Assembly: GCA_964016885.1 (NCBI GenBank)
Contig: CAXHJY010000708.1
Span: 62,001-126,000 of the forward strand
Length of the DNA stretch: 64,000 nucleotides
Direction of reading: 5' to 3'
Source: Eledone cirrhosa
Lineage: Eukaryota
Translations under genes and position numbers: made by a program
The notes under the pieces: model-generated
What the model saw: only the letters and a program-made list of their open reading frames with translations
Told to the model about the DNA's origin: nothing
Databases searched by the model: none
Shown: one piece after another, positions 25,397 to 39,599 of the stretch
Layout of the letters: each line of letters begins with the position of its first letter
Position numbering within the stretch: the stretch's first letter is position 1

Positions 25397-26797
25397 GTAG
25401 TGATGAAGTGTGAAGTTGAAAATATGAGTTACTTATTGGTCGAATAATAGAATGTGAGTACGTGAAGTATGTCTCAGTGAATCGAAAGAGGTTTTGTCAT
25501 GTTCGGGACAACAAGTAGTTATACTTGCTTGTTGTAGTGTGAAGTGATATTACCGTGGGGAAGAAGAGTTTCCCAAATGAATAAGAATTAACAAATGAAC
25601 AAGACACCGTTAATTTTAGTATTTTTATTTGAAACATGATTTACTTTGAAATTATGTGCTGTAATGAACAACGGAAAAAGATGCACGTGTAGATGTAGTG
25701 TGTTATGTGTGCGAATGTAGGATTCCAAAGTTGTAAATTTATTAATCTGAATTGGTATCAAGTTCAACTAGTGTCGATCTCAGCAGGGCTGGCTAGTGAG
25801 TGTGTATCTGTGTGTGGCTATATTGTGAGGCTGACCAAACAAATTGTCTGTTGCAGAGTCGAAAAGCAGACTATTTTGGGGGTCGCAATCTTTTGTATAT
25901 ATAAGGATTAGGTTGACCGAAAACATTAAACAGATGTCCTTTAGAACTGTCCTCTTTTTGGAGAATCTGGCGCCGTGAACCTCCTACAAGAAAACATTGT
26001 CTACGTTTGTGGCTCTGAGGTCTTAGGTCAGTCTTTTGGTGGTCGTAATAAAACCATTCTGGGAAAAATATGTCGAGGTTTCACTTCAACCACCCCCACA
26101 CTAAAAATTCCAGAGAAGAGATCCACCCAAATTAAATTCTATAGGAATTTAATGTGGGTGCCTGCAGAGACCTATTCAAGCATCATGAGACTACCGTACT
26201 GAGCACGTCTCCCGGATACGTATTAGATGCAACGAGATTAAGGACAAAAACACCAGCACCAAAGAATTCCAGCATTTTTCACCAAACATTAGGATGCCAA
26301 CACACTACCAATGGGAGTTGACACCTCAAGGATATATATTATCTAAAGCGACTACGTTGCTGCTCTCCGTCAATCGATTTGTTGGAAAAGACTGAATATA
26401 CAACTGTTACCAACCCACAAACACCAAAAACATATGCACACTTTATAACTACCCCTTAAATAATGTCTGAGGTCGTACGTACTGTACAAGATGATCGTTC
26501 ATAAATGTGGTGGCTCATACATTTTTGGAACTGTCCAGAAACTCCACATACGAACCAATATTAATGCTTTCTCTGTTAAAAAAAACAAAACACCTGCAAA
26601 AATGCCACACCTGAGATGTTGAGAGCACCATAGAATTTACATAGCAAAGAATTAACTCCCCTCAATAGGATTAAACGGATTATAAATAACAGGAGTGAGT
26701 TGCAATGGAGATAATTGAATATTACGACAACACCAATCTGCACAAAAGTATTGATCTTACTACACTATTCAGAAAATGTTCGATCAACCACATCATC

Positions 26798-26870
<73 letters not shown>

Positions 26871-26873
<3 letters not shown>

Positions 26874-27060
26874 CGAAGGAAATGTGGTAAGGAACCAGAT
26901 GGACCATAACGCACCAAAGTACTCAATACTTAGGGTAGTAGAGTGGGTAATAGGAACGAGTAGGACCCCGACGGCTGAGCTCAAGCCGTTTCGACGGCTA
27001 ATTCTGAGTCCAGAATTAGCCGTCGAAACGGCTTGAGCTCAGCCGTCGGGGTCCTACTCG

Positions 27061-27063
<3 letters not shown>
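26871..27063. mobile_element. Family A terminal fragment with perfect 53-bp-arm hairpin
   Basis: 26954-27006 / 27011-27063 perfect reverse complements; left part matches 9784-9924. Confidence 0.9.
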
Positions 27064-27101
<38 letters not shown>

Positions 27102-27107
27102 GAAAAG

Positions 27108-27158
<51 letters not shown>

Positions 27159-27160
<2 letters not shown>

Positions 27161-27530
27161 CAAAATAACAGGAGGCATGTTCTGGTGTAAATCCTTGAAA
27201 GGTTTATTTTACCATGATCACTTAAATGATCGGGTTCAGTATGAATCCGGTGACATCATCAGGTAATTCAAAATATAACGAAGGAATATATCAGATAAAA
27301 ATCTTTGATGTTTAAATCAGAGACAAGAGGGCGGCCGGTATTTTAGCGATTTACACCAGAACATGCCTCCTGTTATTTTGTAATAATTAACTCCGTACTC
27401 GCACCACCAACTACACAAACGAAGACGGGTGGTTGCATTACGTTGAGTGCTTTCTATAACATTACATCGTGGCTGACCACACAGAATGACCAGTTTTATC
27501 CAGTGGTGAACCAACAAACTCAAATAAATA
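27159..27530. mobile_element. Short PLE-like insertion with 35-bp inverted arms and degenerate minus-strand HHR (27209-27266)
   Basis: Arms 27159-27193 / 27349-27382; ttac-CTGATGA-hairpin-..tgatca-TG-gtaa lacks GAAA. Confidence 0.55.
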
Positions 27531-28579
27531 AATATATATATATATATATATATAACAACGTATCCTGAAACATTAGCACGTTACAGTCCAATTATTTTAA
27601 CATCCTTTTAATTCCGGACCTGCCGTCATCCAGGATTTAAAGAATTATTATTTCAAGGACCTACCGTTACTCTCTGTCTCTTTGAAAGTAGAGTAAAACG
27701 ATTTAAAGAAATATTTTTTCAATACTCGAAACCTTTTTTTGTAAATAGAGTGAAGTGATTTGAAGAAGCGTTATTGCAATGTCGTCTCTACCGTTATCCA
27801 AGGTTTAAAGAAACATTATCTCTTGGGTATAGAGAATACCTTTATGTTCGACAGCATTATCCTTAGGGAGGGATATCTATATTGGTTCACATCTCATTTT
27901 TACTACCGGCTCCAGGATATTTTTCAACCACATCTTAGTAAATGCTTCTGCTAGCAGGCGAAACTGCGTGAGGGACTGGAGGCTTGGAAAGGAGATGGGC
28001 ACTATCAAGCATTTCTAAAGCCCATTGAAAGTTTGTGATGGACACACAGTAAAACCTCTAGTGTAGTGCCACAACAAATGGCTGTTCAAGTCACGGGAAC
28101 TTGATGGGTTTCTCTCTCGTTTCGTCTTTTCTTATTTTCTTTTATATATCTTATCCGTCTCTGTCTCTTTTCTCCCCTCTTTCTCTTTCTCCCTCTTTCT
28201 TCCATGTCTCTCTTTCTCTTTCTCCTTCTTTCTATCCTCTCTCTTGTTTACTCCCTCTATCTCTTTTTACCCCCCTCTCTCTCACTGTCCCTGGCTCATA
28301 TAATCGCTTTCTTTCTCACACGTTTTCTCCTGTGTTTCTAGTTCACATACACATACACACATACATACACACATACATTTTTTCTATCTTTCTCTCTCTC
28401 TATCTTCCTCTCTCTCTCTGTCACTCTCTTTCAGTCACTCTCTCTATATTCCTCTTCATCTCTCTCCCCCTCTCTCACCATCTTTTTTTCACACTCTTTC
28501 ATTCACTTTCTATATTTCTCTGATTCTCTCTCTCTCCCTCGCAACTCTTATTACGTTTTCTCTTTCATTTACGTTTTAT

Positions 28580-28690
28580 TACCACCACCACCACCACCAC
28601 CACCACCACCACCACCACAGCCACCACCACCACCACAACCACCACCACCACCACAACCACCACCACCACCATCCACCACCACCACCACCA
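28580..28690. repeat. (CCA)n microsatellite
   Basis: Direct reading. Confidence 0.95.
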
Positions 28691-28830
28691 AACGGGGAAA
28701 AATGAGCCAAAATGAGGAGATTTTACATAATGAAAGCTATACCCATTTTCACAAGAGAAGACATCTCCCACCCACCCTAAAGTGGGTGGGAGATCTCTCC
28801 GTCAGACAGCGAGAGTGGACAGGTTTGTCT
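28690..28830 (+). repeat. Unclassified dispersed repeat
   Basis: Homologous to 51983-52180 (+) and 39278-39470 (-). Confidence 0.8.
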
Positions 28831-29552
28831 TTAAGAAGATGCCTCACATTCATTCACCTTCAGTGGACATAGTATTGGCCAGGAGGTGTTGATGTCATCA
28901 GACTGTCCATCGTTCATTGGGTGTTTCGACCTTCACCTATAACACTCTCTCGCTTCTGGTTCAGCAGTGGTGACCAAATTACTGCTCATCTTCGTCTCCT
29001 GGTTTCCAGCTTATCTCCTCTTTCCTACTCCAAAGTCAACAAGAGCCCCTTTCTGCTGCTCCCCCTCCCCCCGTCCTTATCCTGAACTACAACCTCCTCC
29101 TCTCTTCCTGCCATTCCAATGGCAGTGAACATTATCCTATATCTATTCACATTAAATATTCTATCTTCATATTCTTCTGTATTCATTCAACTGTCTCAAT
29201 ATAACATTCCATCTCTACCATTTTTATATTTCATTCATATATTCATTTCTTCATTGATTTAGTAATTTCTTCCATCCGTAGTTTCCTTCCACATCCGGCC
29301 CGACAACGATCTCTTTCTTTCTTTCTTTTCTATGGCTGGTTGAAAATAAGTAATGGATTTGTATGCTATTGGTTTTTTTATTATATGTGTGTTTTAATGT
29401 TTGTGTGGGAATGTATGTATGTATCTGTGTATGCATGCATGTATGTATGTGTGTGTGTATGTATGCATGTATGTATGTATGTATATAAATAAATATATAT
29501 GTGTTTATATATATGTATATATATGTGTGAGATTATATGAATCTATATATAT

Positions 29553-29651
<99 letters not shown>

Positions 29652-30057
29652 CATATATATACATTCATATATAAACACACACATATGTATATATATATAT
29701 ATAAGATATATATATTTACATAGATATATATTATGTGTAAATAGATATATATGTATATGTATTTATGTGTCTGTATTTATGGATGGGGAGGGCGATCTAT
29801 GTATATTTATGGAAATAGTAAGAAGTTATTTCTTGGAAGGCAAAGCCAATAAATCGTATTCTCCTATATATTTTAGCCTCCCAACTCCAGTAACAGACTA
29901 TCGCTAAGAGAAGCAGAAGTTGTCAAAAGATGTATATTAATGTCATTTTTCAATGTGAAACATTTGCTTCATGAAGTAATAGTTTCCGAAAGTTTAGCTT
30001 AAGGCCTCTCGGCATTCCGAAAAATGTTCCCATGTCATTATTTTAATTCTCTTAAGT

Positions 30058-30381
30058 AGGGTGGATTAGCAGTACTTGGTATGGCGCCGGACAATATGGC
30101 TGCGTATAGTTACATCCCTTTACGTTCTGGGTTTAAACACCACCGAAGTTAGCTTTGCCTTTCAGCCTTACGGGGTCAATAAAATAAAGTACCAGTAACG
30201 CAGTGGGGTCGATTTAATTGACTCTCCTCTCTCCCCAAATTGTTGACCTTATGCCTAAATCAGAAACCATTATTTCCCGTCGAGGTTAACTTTGCCTTTC
30301 ATCCTTACGGGGTCGATAAAATAAAGTACCAGTAATGCACTGGGTAATTGCTGGCCTTGTGCCAAAAGAAGAAACAATTAT
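30058..30381 (+). mobile_element. Tandem SINE-1 copies (older full copy + 3' half)
   Basis: Match to consensus. Confidence 0.85.
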
Positions 30382-31054
30382 TTTAATTCTCCTAATCCAT
30401 GATTGCTTCTCACTCCAATCGTATGCATTTATCGCCATTTCAAAACCTGGTAAGTACAAGTAAGACCAAGCTCCGCTGGGGAGGTTTAATAAGATTGAAA
30501 CTTCGGAGTTGTCGTTGCACTTACCAAATATCTAACTCATTTTTACGTTGCACTCTTTCTATCAATTTTTAATTAATTTAAATTTAGTAATTTACTCTTT
30601 TGACTTTGACAAGAATTATTATTAACGCGAATGATTAAAAAAAAATTCGAATAAGCATATTTCCTAGTTTACTATGTATGAATGGAACAGTGCCTCTTGA
30701 CATACTGCGTGCCTTAGGCACTTTAAAACTGGCGGAGCCCATCTTCTGTCCAGCAGTTTTCTTCCAGAGAGAGGGGGGTGCAGGGGGAGGGGGAAGTGAG
30801 AAAGAGATATAGAGGTAGAATTAACCCAGTACTGGACTGGTACTTTATTTATAGACCTTGAAAAGATGACCGGCGAAGTTGACTACGGTAGGTTTTGAAC
30901 TCAGAGAGCGGGAACGAATAACGCAAAACATACAGTCATACACACATACATTCACACACACATACATACATATATACATACATACATACATGATGGCTGC
31001 CCCCTCGTTATCGAGTAATGGACATTGCACGATATAACATCATTAATAATTATT

Positions 31055-31190
31055 AATTGTTTCTACGTTTGGCACAAGGCCAGCAATTACCCAGTGCATT
31101 ACTGGTACTTTATTTTATCGACCCCGTAAGGATGAAAGGCAAAGTTGATCTCGGCTGGATTTGAACTCAGAATGGCAAGGGCTGTAACTA
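31055..31190 (-). mobile_element. SINE-1 partial copy
   Basis: Match to consensus. Confidence 0.88.
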
Positions 31191-31315
31191 TTCATTAATG
31201 TTGTCGTGCAATGCCTGTGCGTGAAGATTTTTTTTTCTAAAGTGAGGAAAGACTGTGCACTGAGCCAATCCCACTCTCTGAGCGACAGGAGCTACATACA
31301 TACATACATACATAC

Positions 31316-31924
31316 ATGGTGGCTGCCAACTCGTTTTCGAGTACGGCCACTACTTTATATCCATGTAGGAGAACCCCTACTGATGCGCTGAACGAGTGTG
31401 ACTTTTTAGTCCAGCCAGCGACTTGAAAACTCTGGTACAAACACTACACTTGTGACAATTATTGACACATAGTGCTTTACCTTTGGTACCATGTGACGAC
31501 AAGTGCAGAGAGATCTCCAGATACAAAGCAATGCCTGTGCCATGAAGCTTTTATAGTGAGCAAAGGCACTGCACAAAGCCAGTCCCACTCTCTTAACCAA
31601 GATGATATTTACCAAAAAGAAGAACAAGTCAACATCATTGGATACCATCAGGGTTGCAGGTGTTATATCAGAGTTTTCCTTCTCCTAGAATTCTGCCTTG
31701 ACAAAGGCTAAGGGGTCATCTCTCCCGGTGATTTTGGATGGCCATTGACTCTTAAGAGCTCCTTTGCTCTTTGACAGGTTTTGTTTTTAGTCCTGCAGGA
31801 TGTCCAAAGTCACCCTCCTCACCAAGAAACGTTGGTGGGGTTGCCAGTTTAGTCGCCAACGACCCGACCATGAGACAGGTTGTACTGGGATACATGTTAC
31901 CAATAGCACCAAGTGGTGACCTGA
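31316..31924 (-). mobile_element. Probable internally deleted RTE-like element flanked by (CATA)n
   Basis: (CATA)n on both sides; left terminus resembles 30990-31030; RTE assignment from recalled terminal motifs only. Confidence 0.4.
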
Positions 31925-32132
31925 CATACATACATACATACATACATACATACATACATACATACATACATACATACATACATACGTGCTTACTTTCATG
32001 TACTCTTAATTATCGAAGCATAACACGGTGTTCTTGATAAATAAATGTATAAGGTTTTTCATAAACACATATTCAAAGTCTTGCTAGGAAAAATGGATAC
32101 AGTGGTTAAACCCTGTGTGTGTGTGTGCGTGT

Positions 32133-32172
<40 letters not shown>

Positions 32173-32346
32173 CCTGGAAATCAAGAGTGATCTGACTAGT
32201 TTCAGTGCTATTTACAGCTTCACCAAAGGTCCGTTACTCATTTTCCAGAGACTAGATAAAATATAAGCTTATAGCTATTTATAGGATACACAATCTCTGC
32301 TAGAACTGAAATGGTCAAACTCGTTGGTAAAGTGTATTAATTAATT

Positions 32347-32488
32347 AATTGTTTCTATTTTAGACACAAGGCCAGCAATTACCCAGTACATTACTGGTAC
32401 TTTATTTTACCGACCCCATAAGGATGAAAGACAAAGTTGACCTCGGCGGGATTTGAACTCAGATCATAAAGGGACGTAACTCTATGCT
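32347..32488 (-). mobile_element. SINE-1 partial copy
   Basis: Match to consensus. Confidence 0.88.
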
Positions 32489-32536
32489 AATTAATTAATA
32501 GAAGAAACTGCATGACGTTTAATGGGAAAGGAGGGT

Positions 32537-32537
<1 letters not shown>

Positions 32538-32594
<57 letters not shown>

Positions 32595-32830
32595 AAGTGA
32601 GACAGAAAGAGAGAAAGGGAGACAGAAAGAGAGAGAGAGAGAAAGAAAGAGAGACAGAAATAGAGACAGACAGAAAGAAAAAGAGACAGAAAGAAAGAGA
32701 GACAGACAGGAAGACAGACAGAAAGAAAGAGAGACAGAAAGAAAGAGAGACAGACAGGAAGACAGACAGATAGGAAGACAGGAAGACAGATAGACAGACA
32801 GACAGAAAGAGAGACAGAAAGAGAGAGAAA
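32538..32830. repeat. (GA)n/(GACA)n compound repeat
   Basis: Direct reading. Confidence 0.95.
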
Positions 32831-33257
32831 AAGAACGAAAGACAAAGAATATAAAGGAAGAAAGAACGAATTATAGTTAGCTAACTAGCAAACAAGAAAT
32901 GGAGGAATGTGATCAAACCAGAATAAATTTTAACTGTGTTTCTTGTTCATCATTTCCGATGTTTAACGAAAGCCTTTAAAATAACGAGAAACCACGTTGA
33001 AAGAATCTGAGCAGGATTTACATTTATTCATTCATTTCATTAAAACTAGTTTTTTATTTATTCTTTTACTCATTTATTTGTTCATTCATGGGTTTTGTTT
33101 TATTTGTTCAGAATATAAACTATTTCTGTATTTAGGTTTAGAATGACACTTTTATTTAACCCCCCCCCCTCTCTCTCTCTCTCTCACACACCAGACAATA
33201 AGCAAACTAACTATTTCCGGTATGTTGAATTCAATGGTTCTCTTTATTCAATATTAT

Positions 33258-33440
33258 ATGGCAGTATCGGTAGCGAGTCGGACGCCATGCTTTGCAGCAT
33301 AGAGTTACGGCCGTTTATGATCTGAGTTCAAATCCCGCCGAGGTTAACTTTGCCTTTCATCCTTACGGGGTTGATAAAATAAAGTACCAGTAATGCACTG
33401 GGTAATTGCTGGCCTTGTGCCTAAAGTAGAAACAATTATA
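33258..33440 (+). mobile_element. SINE-1 copy
   Basis: Box A tggcagtatcgg, box B gagttcaaatcc, conserved core and tail. Confidence 0.92.
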
Positions 33441-33454
33441 TTTAGAAGAATGGT

Positions 33455-33642
33455 TGGTGGATTGGCAGTATCGGTAGAGGGTCTGACGCCATGCTTTACA
33501 GCAAAGAGTTACGGCCCTTTATGGTCTGAGTTCAAATCCCGCCGAGGTTAACTTTGCCTTTCATCCTTAAGGGGTCGATAAAATAAAGTACCAGTAATAC
33601 ACTGGTTAATTGCTGGCCTTGTGCCAAAAGTAGAAACAATTA
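33455..33642 (+). mobile_element. SINE-1 copy
   Basis: As above. Confidence 0.92.
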
Positions 33643-33676
33643 TATTTAGAAGAAAAAGGATTACAATATTAATAAT

Positions 33677-33863
33677 AATTGTTTCTACTTTAGGCACAAG
33701 GCCAGCAATTAACCAGTGCATTACTGGTACTTTATTTTATCGACCCTGTAAGGATGAAAGGGAAAGTCAACCTCGGCGGGATTTGAACTCAGATCGTAAA
33801 GGGACATAACTATGCTGGAAAGCATGGCGTCCGACCCTCTACCGATACTGCCAATCCACCGCC
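33677..33863 (-). mobile_element. SINE-1 copy, inverted relative to 33455-33642
   Basis: Reverse complement of consensus. Confidence 0.92.
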
Positions 33864-33985
33864 GACAATATTAATAATAATAATAATAATAATGGTGTTG
33901 ATTGGTAGTAGTAGTAGTAGTAGTAGTAATTCTTGAATGGCTGATAGCAGTGGTAATTTATGTGTCTATGTGAGTACATACTTAC

Positions 33986-34040
<55 letters not shown>

Positions 34041-34213
34041 TTAACAAATAATAGTTAAATGCAGTCCACTTAGGTGAAGTCCAGTTATGGTATTCCAGGT
34101 AGTGGATGATATTAACGCTTGGCTTGGTTTGACTCAACAAGGCGTTTTCATAGTGATGCTGCGGGTATGCCGTAATTCCTATGTTGTAAACACTTGGAGT
34201 AATAATAAATCAC

Positions 34214-34443
34214 GAAAGAAGGTTTACAAGGTTTGCTATACAAAAAAGTTTTTAATCACATAGCTTACATTTGTTTCACTGAACTGGTATGTCTATATTT
34301 GCGTTACTCGATCGCCAATATTGGCGATCGAGTAACGCAAAATTAAGCGAATAGCGATCTCTAGACATACCAGTTCAGTGAAACAAATGTAAGCTATGTG
34401 ATTAAAAACTTTTTTGTATAGCAAACCATGTAAACCTTCTTTC
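34214..34443. repeat. Foldback insertion with ~80-bp arms and an internal 44-bp perfect palindrome
   Basis: 34214-34295 / 34362-34443; internal tttgcgttactcgatcgccaat|attggcgatcgagtaacgcaaa at ~34298-34341. Confidence 0.9.
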
Positions 34444-34446
34444 CTG

Positions 34447-34486
<40 letters not shown>

Positions 34487-35249
34487 AGGGTTGACGGATC
34501 CCAGCATATTTATCAATGCCAATACCGGTTGTATCTCAGCGCACTCAATGGGCAATGTAAGATACATTACCAGAGTATACACATAGTTATTTGCCTCACA
34601 CAACACACGTAAAACGGGTGCCTATAATATATATATATATTTACATATACAAAGAGAGAGGAGGGGGGGGGAGACTATGGCTCAACTAACAGTACGTACA
34701 CTTGCATACACACACACACACACACACACATATATACACTTTCCGTCATGAAGTTAGTTGCTAAAGGAGATTGTGTGAATAACTTTTTCAAGCCCCTCTA
34801 GACTAAGTGAAAAGCATTACTGGGTGAGGGTTAATGCTGCTAATGCTACTAATGCGGTCTATTTTCTCGATACTTTGCTTTAACCACTATGGGTAAAACC
34901 AATTTTAACGCTGAGGGAAAATACATTCTTAAAAGAATGCACTTCAAGAGAAGAAAGATTGTGGGGAAAGTGGATAATATGTGGCGATGGTACAAGGAGA
35001 GATGAACCGAGAGGATTTAGATGGAGTAGATACCGTTGTAATTATAGGGAAATGGACAGATGAATTACATTGCTCGGTGATGAACAAATGATTAAAGGCT
35101 GTTGATCAATGATAGTTTACTTTTAAGTCGGTTGCTTTTTCATGCTTGAGATCTATATGTGCGTGCGTGTTTTACAAATGCATTTACAAATGTATTAACT
35201 AGAACTGAATAAGATGAACATACGGCTTACACTCGCCTATACACTACAT

Positions 35250-35465
35250 GGCAGAATGGTTATAAGGTTCGCTTCACTATCATTAGGTTCTAGGTTTGAT
35301 CCCACTGCGTCTCATCTTGGGAAAGTGTCATTTACCATAATCTCGGGTTGATACGTGTCATATAAGTAAAATTGGGTAGACGGAAACTGTTTTGAAGTCT
35401 ATCGGATGGCTTGTACCAGTAATTCAAATGGCCAGCCTTGTCACACATTGTGTCATGCTGAATCT
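35250..35465 (+). mobile_element. Older SINE-2 copy
   Basis: tRNA-like head (tggcagaatggtt..ggtttgatccc) and gccagccttgtcaca motif shared with 13800-14145. Confidence 0.6.
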
Positions 35466-35587
35466 GTTTGGTTGTGGAGTTATTTTTAGTTTCTTTCTTT
35501 CACAGAATATTTATTAAAGTATCACGGAAAACAAAAAAAATGCTTTATGAAAAAATGTGTGAGCGAGTGTCTAGACGTAAATGAGCC

Positions 35588-35720
35588 CGGGCTGTATTAA
35601 GCCATGGCCTGGGTCGTATTAAGCTATGGTCTGGGTCGTATTAAGCTATGGTTTGGGTCGTATTAAGCTGTGGTCTGGGTGGTTCAAAGCTATGGCCCAG
35701 GCCGTTTTAAGCCATGGCCT
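35588..35720. repeat. ~21-bp minisatellite, ~6 copies
   Basis: Unit gggtcgtattaagctatggtct and variants. Confidence 0.88.
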
Positions 35721-35999
35721 GTCCCGAAACTTGCATATATCTTGAAACCTCTCTAGAATTTCAAACTTTCACCCCACTACTAACAGCAGGTAACAGAGCC
35801 TTAGCAAAAAAAAAAGAACAAATGACCAGCCCGTCGTGCCTTTGGGGTCCCTAGGCATCAGCTTAGACAGCCATATGAATATTGCTCTGTAGTGGACCTT
35901 CAGTTTATTCTGTAAATTAGGCAAAGATTAATTTCATAAAATTGGGCGTGGGGTGGGATAAGCGGAACAGTGGTTGCAGTGACAACAGCAGTAACAATG

Positions 36000-36240
36000 A
36001 ATGGACATCCGTCGGTTTCAACGCTGAGTGTTCCAGTTGTTCAACAACGGAGCAGCATGCTCCTGAAATTAACATGCAAGTGGCTGAGCCATCCACAGAC
36101 ATATGCACATCTAATATAATTCTCAGCGGGATTCAACATGACAAGGCTAGCCTTTCGAATTACAGGTAAAATTCATTTTTTGTTTTTTTTGTTCCGCCAA
36201 GTAGACGGGAACAACACTTCTAACCACTAAGCCACATGTC
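36000..36240 (-). mobile_element. Older SINE-2 copy
   Basis: Similar to 13800-13980. Confidence 0.6.
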
Positions 36241-36624
36241 ATCAGAGAAATAACAATAGTAGCCAGATAAATCCATAAAAGTAAGGCGGCGAATTGGCAG
36301 AATCGTTTGAACATAGCATTGAATGCTTTGCGATATTGGTTTCGTCTCTTTACTCTCTAAATATGCCAATACGGCGCCCCTACGACTCTTACAGGAGTTG
36401 CGCGACCATACGTACATACCAACATCTTGATAAAACATTGAGCAAAGATGAATAATTTATCCAATTATCAATGGCTATAGATAATTTTCTACGAAGATAA
36501 ATAACTTACTAATATTCTTATGTGGACTTATTGTCCTTGAATGCTGAATATATTTTGGGTTTAAGAGGCAATCCAGTCTCTGTAGTGTAACCCAGGCATT
36601 GTTATACGTTTTGGTTATACAGTC

Positions 36625-36905
36625 GTTCTTCTTCTTCTTCTTCTTTTTCTTCTTCTTCTTCTTCACTCATTTATTCCTGGGAGGGTCATGGGGTAGAGTC
36701 CTCAAATATTCCTTCCAGCGGATCCTGTTAGAAGTAAGAAGTAACCGTCTCCAGTTGATCTGGTTGGACCCCCAAAGCGAGACCAGCCGGATGCAATCCA
36801 AGGAACTGTTTTGCAGCTGTCTTGCAAAGAATGGTATAAAACGTTGTTCGAACCTTAGTTCAGACAGGTAACATTGATGTATTATAGAAAGATATGTGTC
36901 TTTCA
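36625..36905 (-). mobile_element. RTE-like LINE 3' fragment with (GAA)n tail
   Basis: Minus-strand (GAA)n tail; NRIRWKEYLRTLP resembles an RTE C-terminus. Confidence 0.5.
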
Positions 36906-37159
36906 AAGATTATTTTAATCAGCTAATTACAAATTGAGCAGGGAGAGGGAGAGGGAGAAGGAGAGTCACTACACCCCAGTCTGAGCAGTGCCTCAGCCGC
37001 TCCCCGCGAGCAAAACGAAATTTGTGCCTTGAAAAGAAGGGTTATAAAGAATGATTTTTGGTGTAATGATTTACTTGAACAGTAAAATTCCGAAGCCAAG
37101 TTAGGGATCCGGTTTCAATTCTTAGTTGTAACCATTTAACTTCGTCGTTAACGTGTGTT

Positions 37160-37430
37160 GGATCTCCGTCGTGTCCGACGAGGAGTGTTTCCGTTGATTC
37201 GATCAACAGAACAGCTTACTCGTAAAGTTAGTGTGCAATTAGTTGAGCATTCCAAAGACACGTGTATCATTAACGTAGTTCTCATGAATAGTTAACGTGA
37301 CAGGGTGTAACAAGGCCGACCCTTTGATTACCAATACAATTCATTTTTACCAGCTGAGTTGACTGGAGTAACTTGAAATAAAGTGTCTTGCTTAAGAACA
37401 CAAAGTACTGCCTGAAATCGAACTCTCGAT
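37160..37430 (-). mobile_element. Older SINE-2 copy
   Basis: Similar to 13800-14145. Confidence 0.6.
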
Positions 37431-39277
37431 CGTTGATATTATTCCAAAAAAAAAAAAAAAAAAAAAAAACGAATAAAAAGACTCTGAAATTCACTTCCTT
37501 TCCTAAATATATCTGATAACTTACACCTATCTATATAAATGTTAATGAAATGAGATAATCGCCTATTCAGCTGTAATGAATTAGTCATTCTCAAGTAAAG
37601 AATTTACAATTCTCCATTGCAGAATTGACCAGTCGCTTGTGAGAGGAGAAAAGCAAATAAACAAATAGAACCCCCCCCCCCCCCCCCTCACACACACACA
37701 CACAAAAAACCCCCTGAAATATACGACGTTTCAACAGCTGAGAAAGATGCACTTTTGTAGAAGAAATGGCACGAAGTGGGCGTCTATAAATTCCAGATCA
37801 GCTAGAGACTACAGAATTTACGCCAGTTATTTTATTTTATTTTATTTTATTTGTTTATTGTCATTCAGTTCAGTAGATAAGAGTTAGCAGTTGCTTTTTG
37901 AACAAATACCAATCTGCTCGGTTAAGTAGATAGAAGGATTAAGGAAAGGAATTAATTGAAACTCGTTATCGCTGCATGTTATCATGGTTGCTCAGATTAC
38001 AAATCACGACTCGACAAAACACAGCGTTTCTGCACGAAAAGAAACCAAGTGGAATCGTAAGAAAAGGCAGAGAAAGATATCCGAAAAGATTGTAAAGGTG
38101 TTGGCTAATAACTTGAAATGGCTAGCAGATGAAAACCAATATACTGCTATTTCATATTAAATATATGATGATGATGATGATGATGATGAAAACAGCGATG
38201 ACGATGACGATGGTGGTGGTGGTGAGGGTGATAATAATGGGCATGGCGACGATATGATAATAATAAAAATCCTTTTAAACATATGTCCCTGCAATTTATT
38301 TTTATGAGCTCGTCTTTTCTTCACATATGGCCTAGTATATTTAAAAGCTGATAGAAGAATGAACCGATACGTCTGCATAACGTAGCATTCATAAAAGACA
38401 AGTAACTGGCGATTCTGTAGTAAAGCACAGAGAGAAATTGCACATGATTATTTGATGCCGTGTGAATGGAAATGAGCAAGGCAAGTAATGCATTTATAGT
38501 GCCAGAGAGGAGTGGAGTGATAGATAGAGAGAGAGAGGGTGGTGGTAGGGAGGGAGGGAGAGGGTGAGAAGAGAGGAGTAGGGAGTGAGAGAGAGTGAAA
38601 AGGAGGCAAAAGGCAGATATGAATTATATCTTGACCTTTGGATTAGTCACTTGCCTTTGTTGGTGTTGCTGCTGCTGTTATTGATGTGGTTGTAAATAGT
38701 TTTATGGAGTAAAAGATATATGCAAGAACATTGAGGCGGGACAACCTTTAGATGTATTTTGTATGTTTCAAAGAGATAGACAGGGATGGAAAGAAAAATG
38801 GAGAGAGGGGGAGGGGGGGGGGAGAAAAAGAGAGAGAGAGAGAGATGGAGTGAGTTGGCATTGTATAATAGAATTTAGTCAAATATAGAAGTGTAATGTG
38901 AAGTAATACATTAAAGTAGTGAAATATTAAGTAAAAGGTGAGAAGTGTGGTGCAATGTATTGTAAAGGTATGGGTTGCAGTGATTGAAATATTTTTATGC
39001 TTTAATCAGACACTCGTGCTTTAAGCCCGAACTTTTCTAATATTTCAATGTATCACGCAACTGAATTGACAGAATCATGAAAACGTTGGATAAAATAACT
39101 TACGATATTCAGTTACGATATTTTAAGTTCTGATTTCAAATCCCGTCAAAGTCTACGTTGATTGTCATACTTCAAGAGTTGATGAAAGATACGAATTGGT
39201 GTAGATTTAATCAACTGTATTTTCCTCCCTCTAAAAACCCTGTGGTCGTGTGCTTAAGTAGTTTACTTTACAATAAC

Positions 39278-39470
39278 ACAGACCTCTCGACTCTCCCCGT
39301 CCGACGAGGAGATCTCCCATCCACCTGGGGTCAGTGAGAGATGTCTTCTCTTGTGAACATGGGCATAGTTTTCATTATGTAAAATTTCCCTATTTTGCCC
39401 CATTTCTCCCCGTTTTGGGGCACTTTTTTCATGGTACCACCCGTTTGGGTTTTTAGAGGTTGGCAGGTCT
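39278..39470 (-). repeat. Unclassified dispersed repeat
   Basis: Reverse complement of 51983-52180. Confidence 0.8.
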
Positions 39471-39599
39471 GATGACATGACCTTTGGTGGATCCCACGGC
39501 ACCGCATCATCTACAACTGTAGTCTCGGATGTCTTTGATTAGCCAATGCCATCAGAGTAATAGAGAGAAATCACACCTCCTTCTATTGAAAACTAGGTA

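Noticed and set aside
25390-26802. Possible LTR element relic (weak inverted ends, TATA, TGGCGCC PBS-like at ~25968)
   Set aside because: No second LTR, no gag/pol similarity, motifs too short
33258-33340. tRNA gene suggested by box A/box B
   Set aside because: Head of a multi-copy SINE; no complete cloverleaf
37500-38520. Unique non-repetitive stretches (also ~41590-42290, 43100-43740) as host exons or conserved elements
   Set aside because: No convincing ORF with paired splice sites; conservation cannot be judged without alignments
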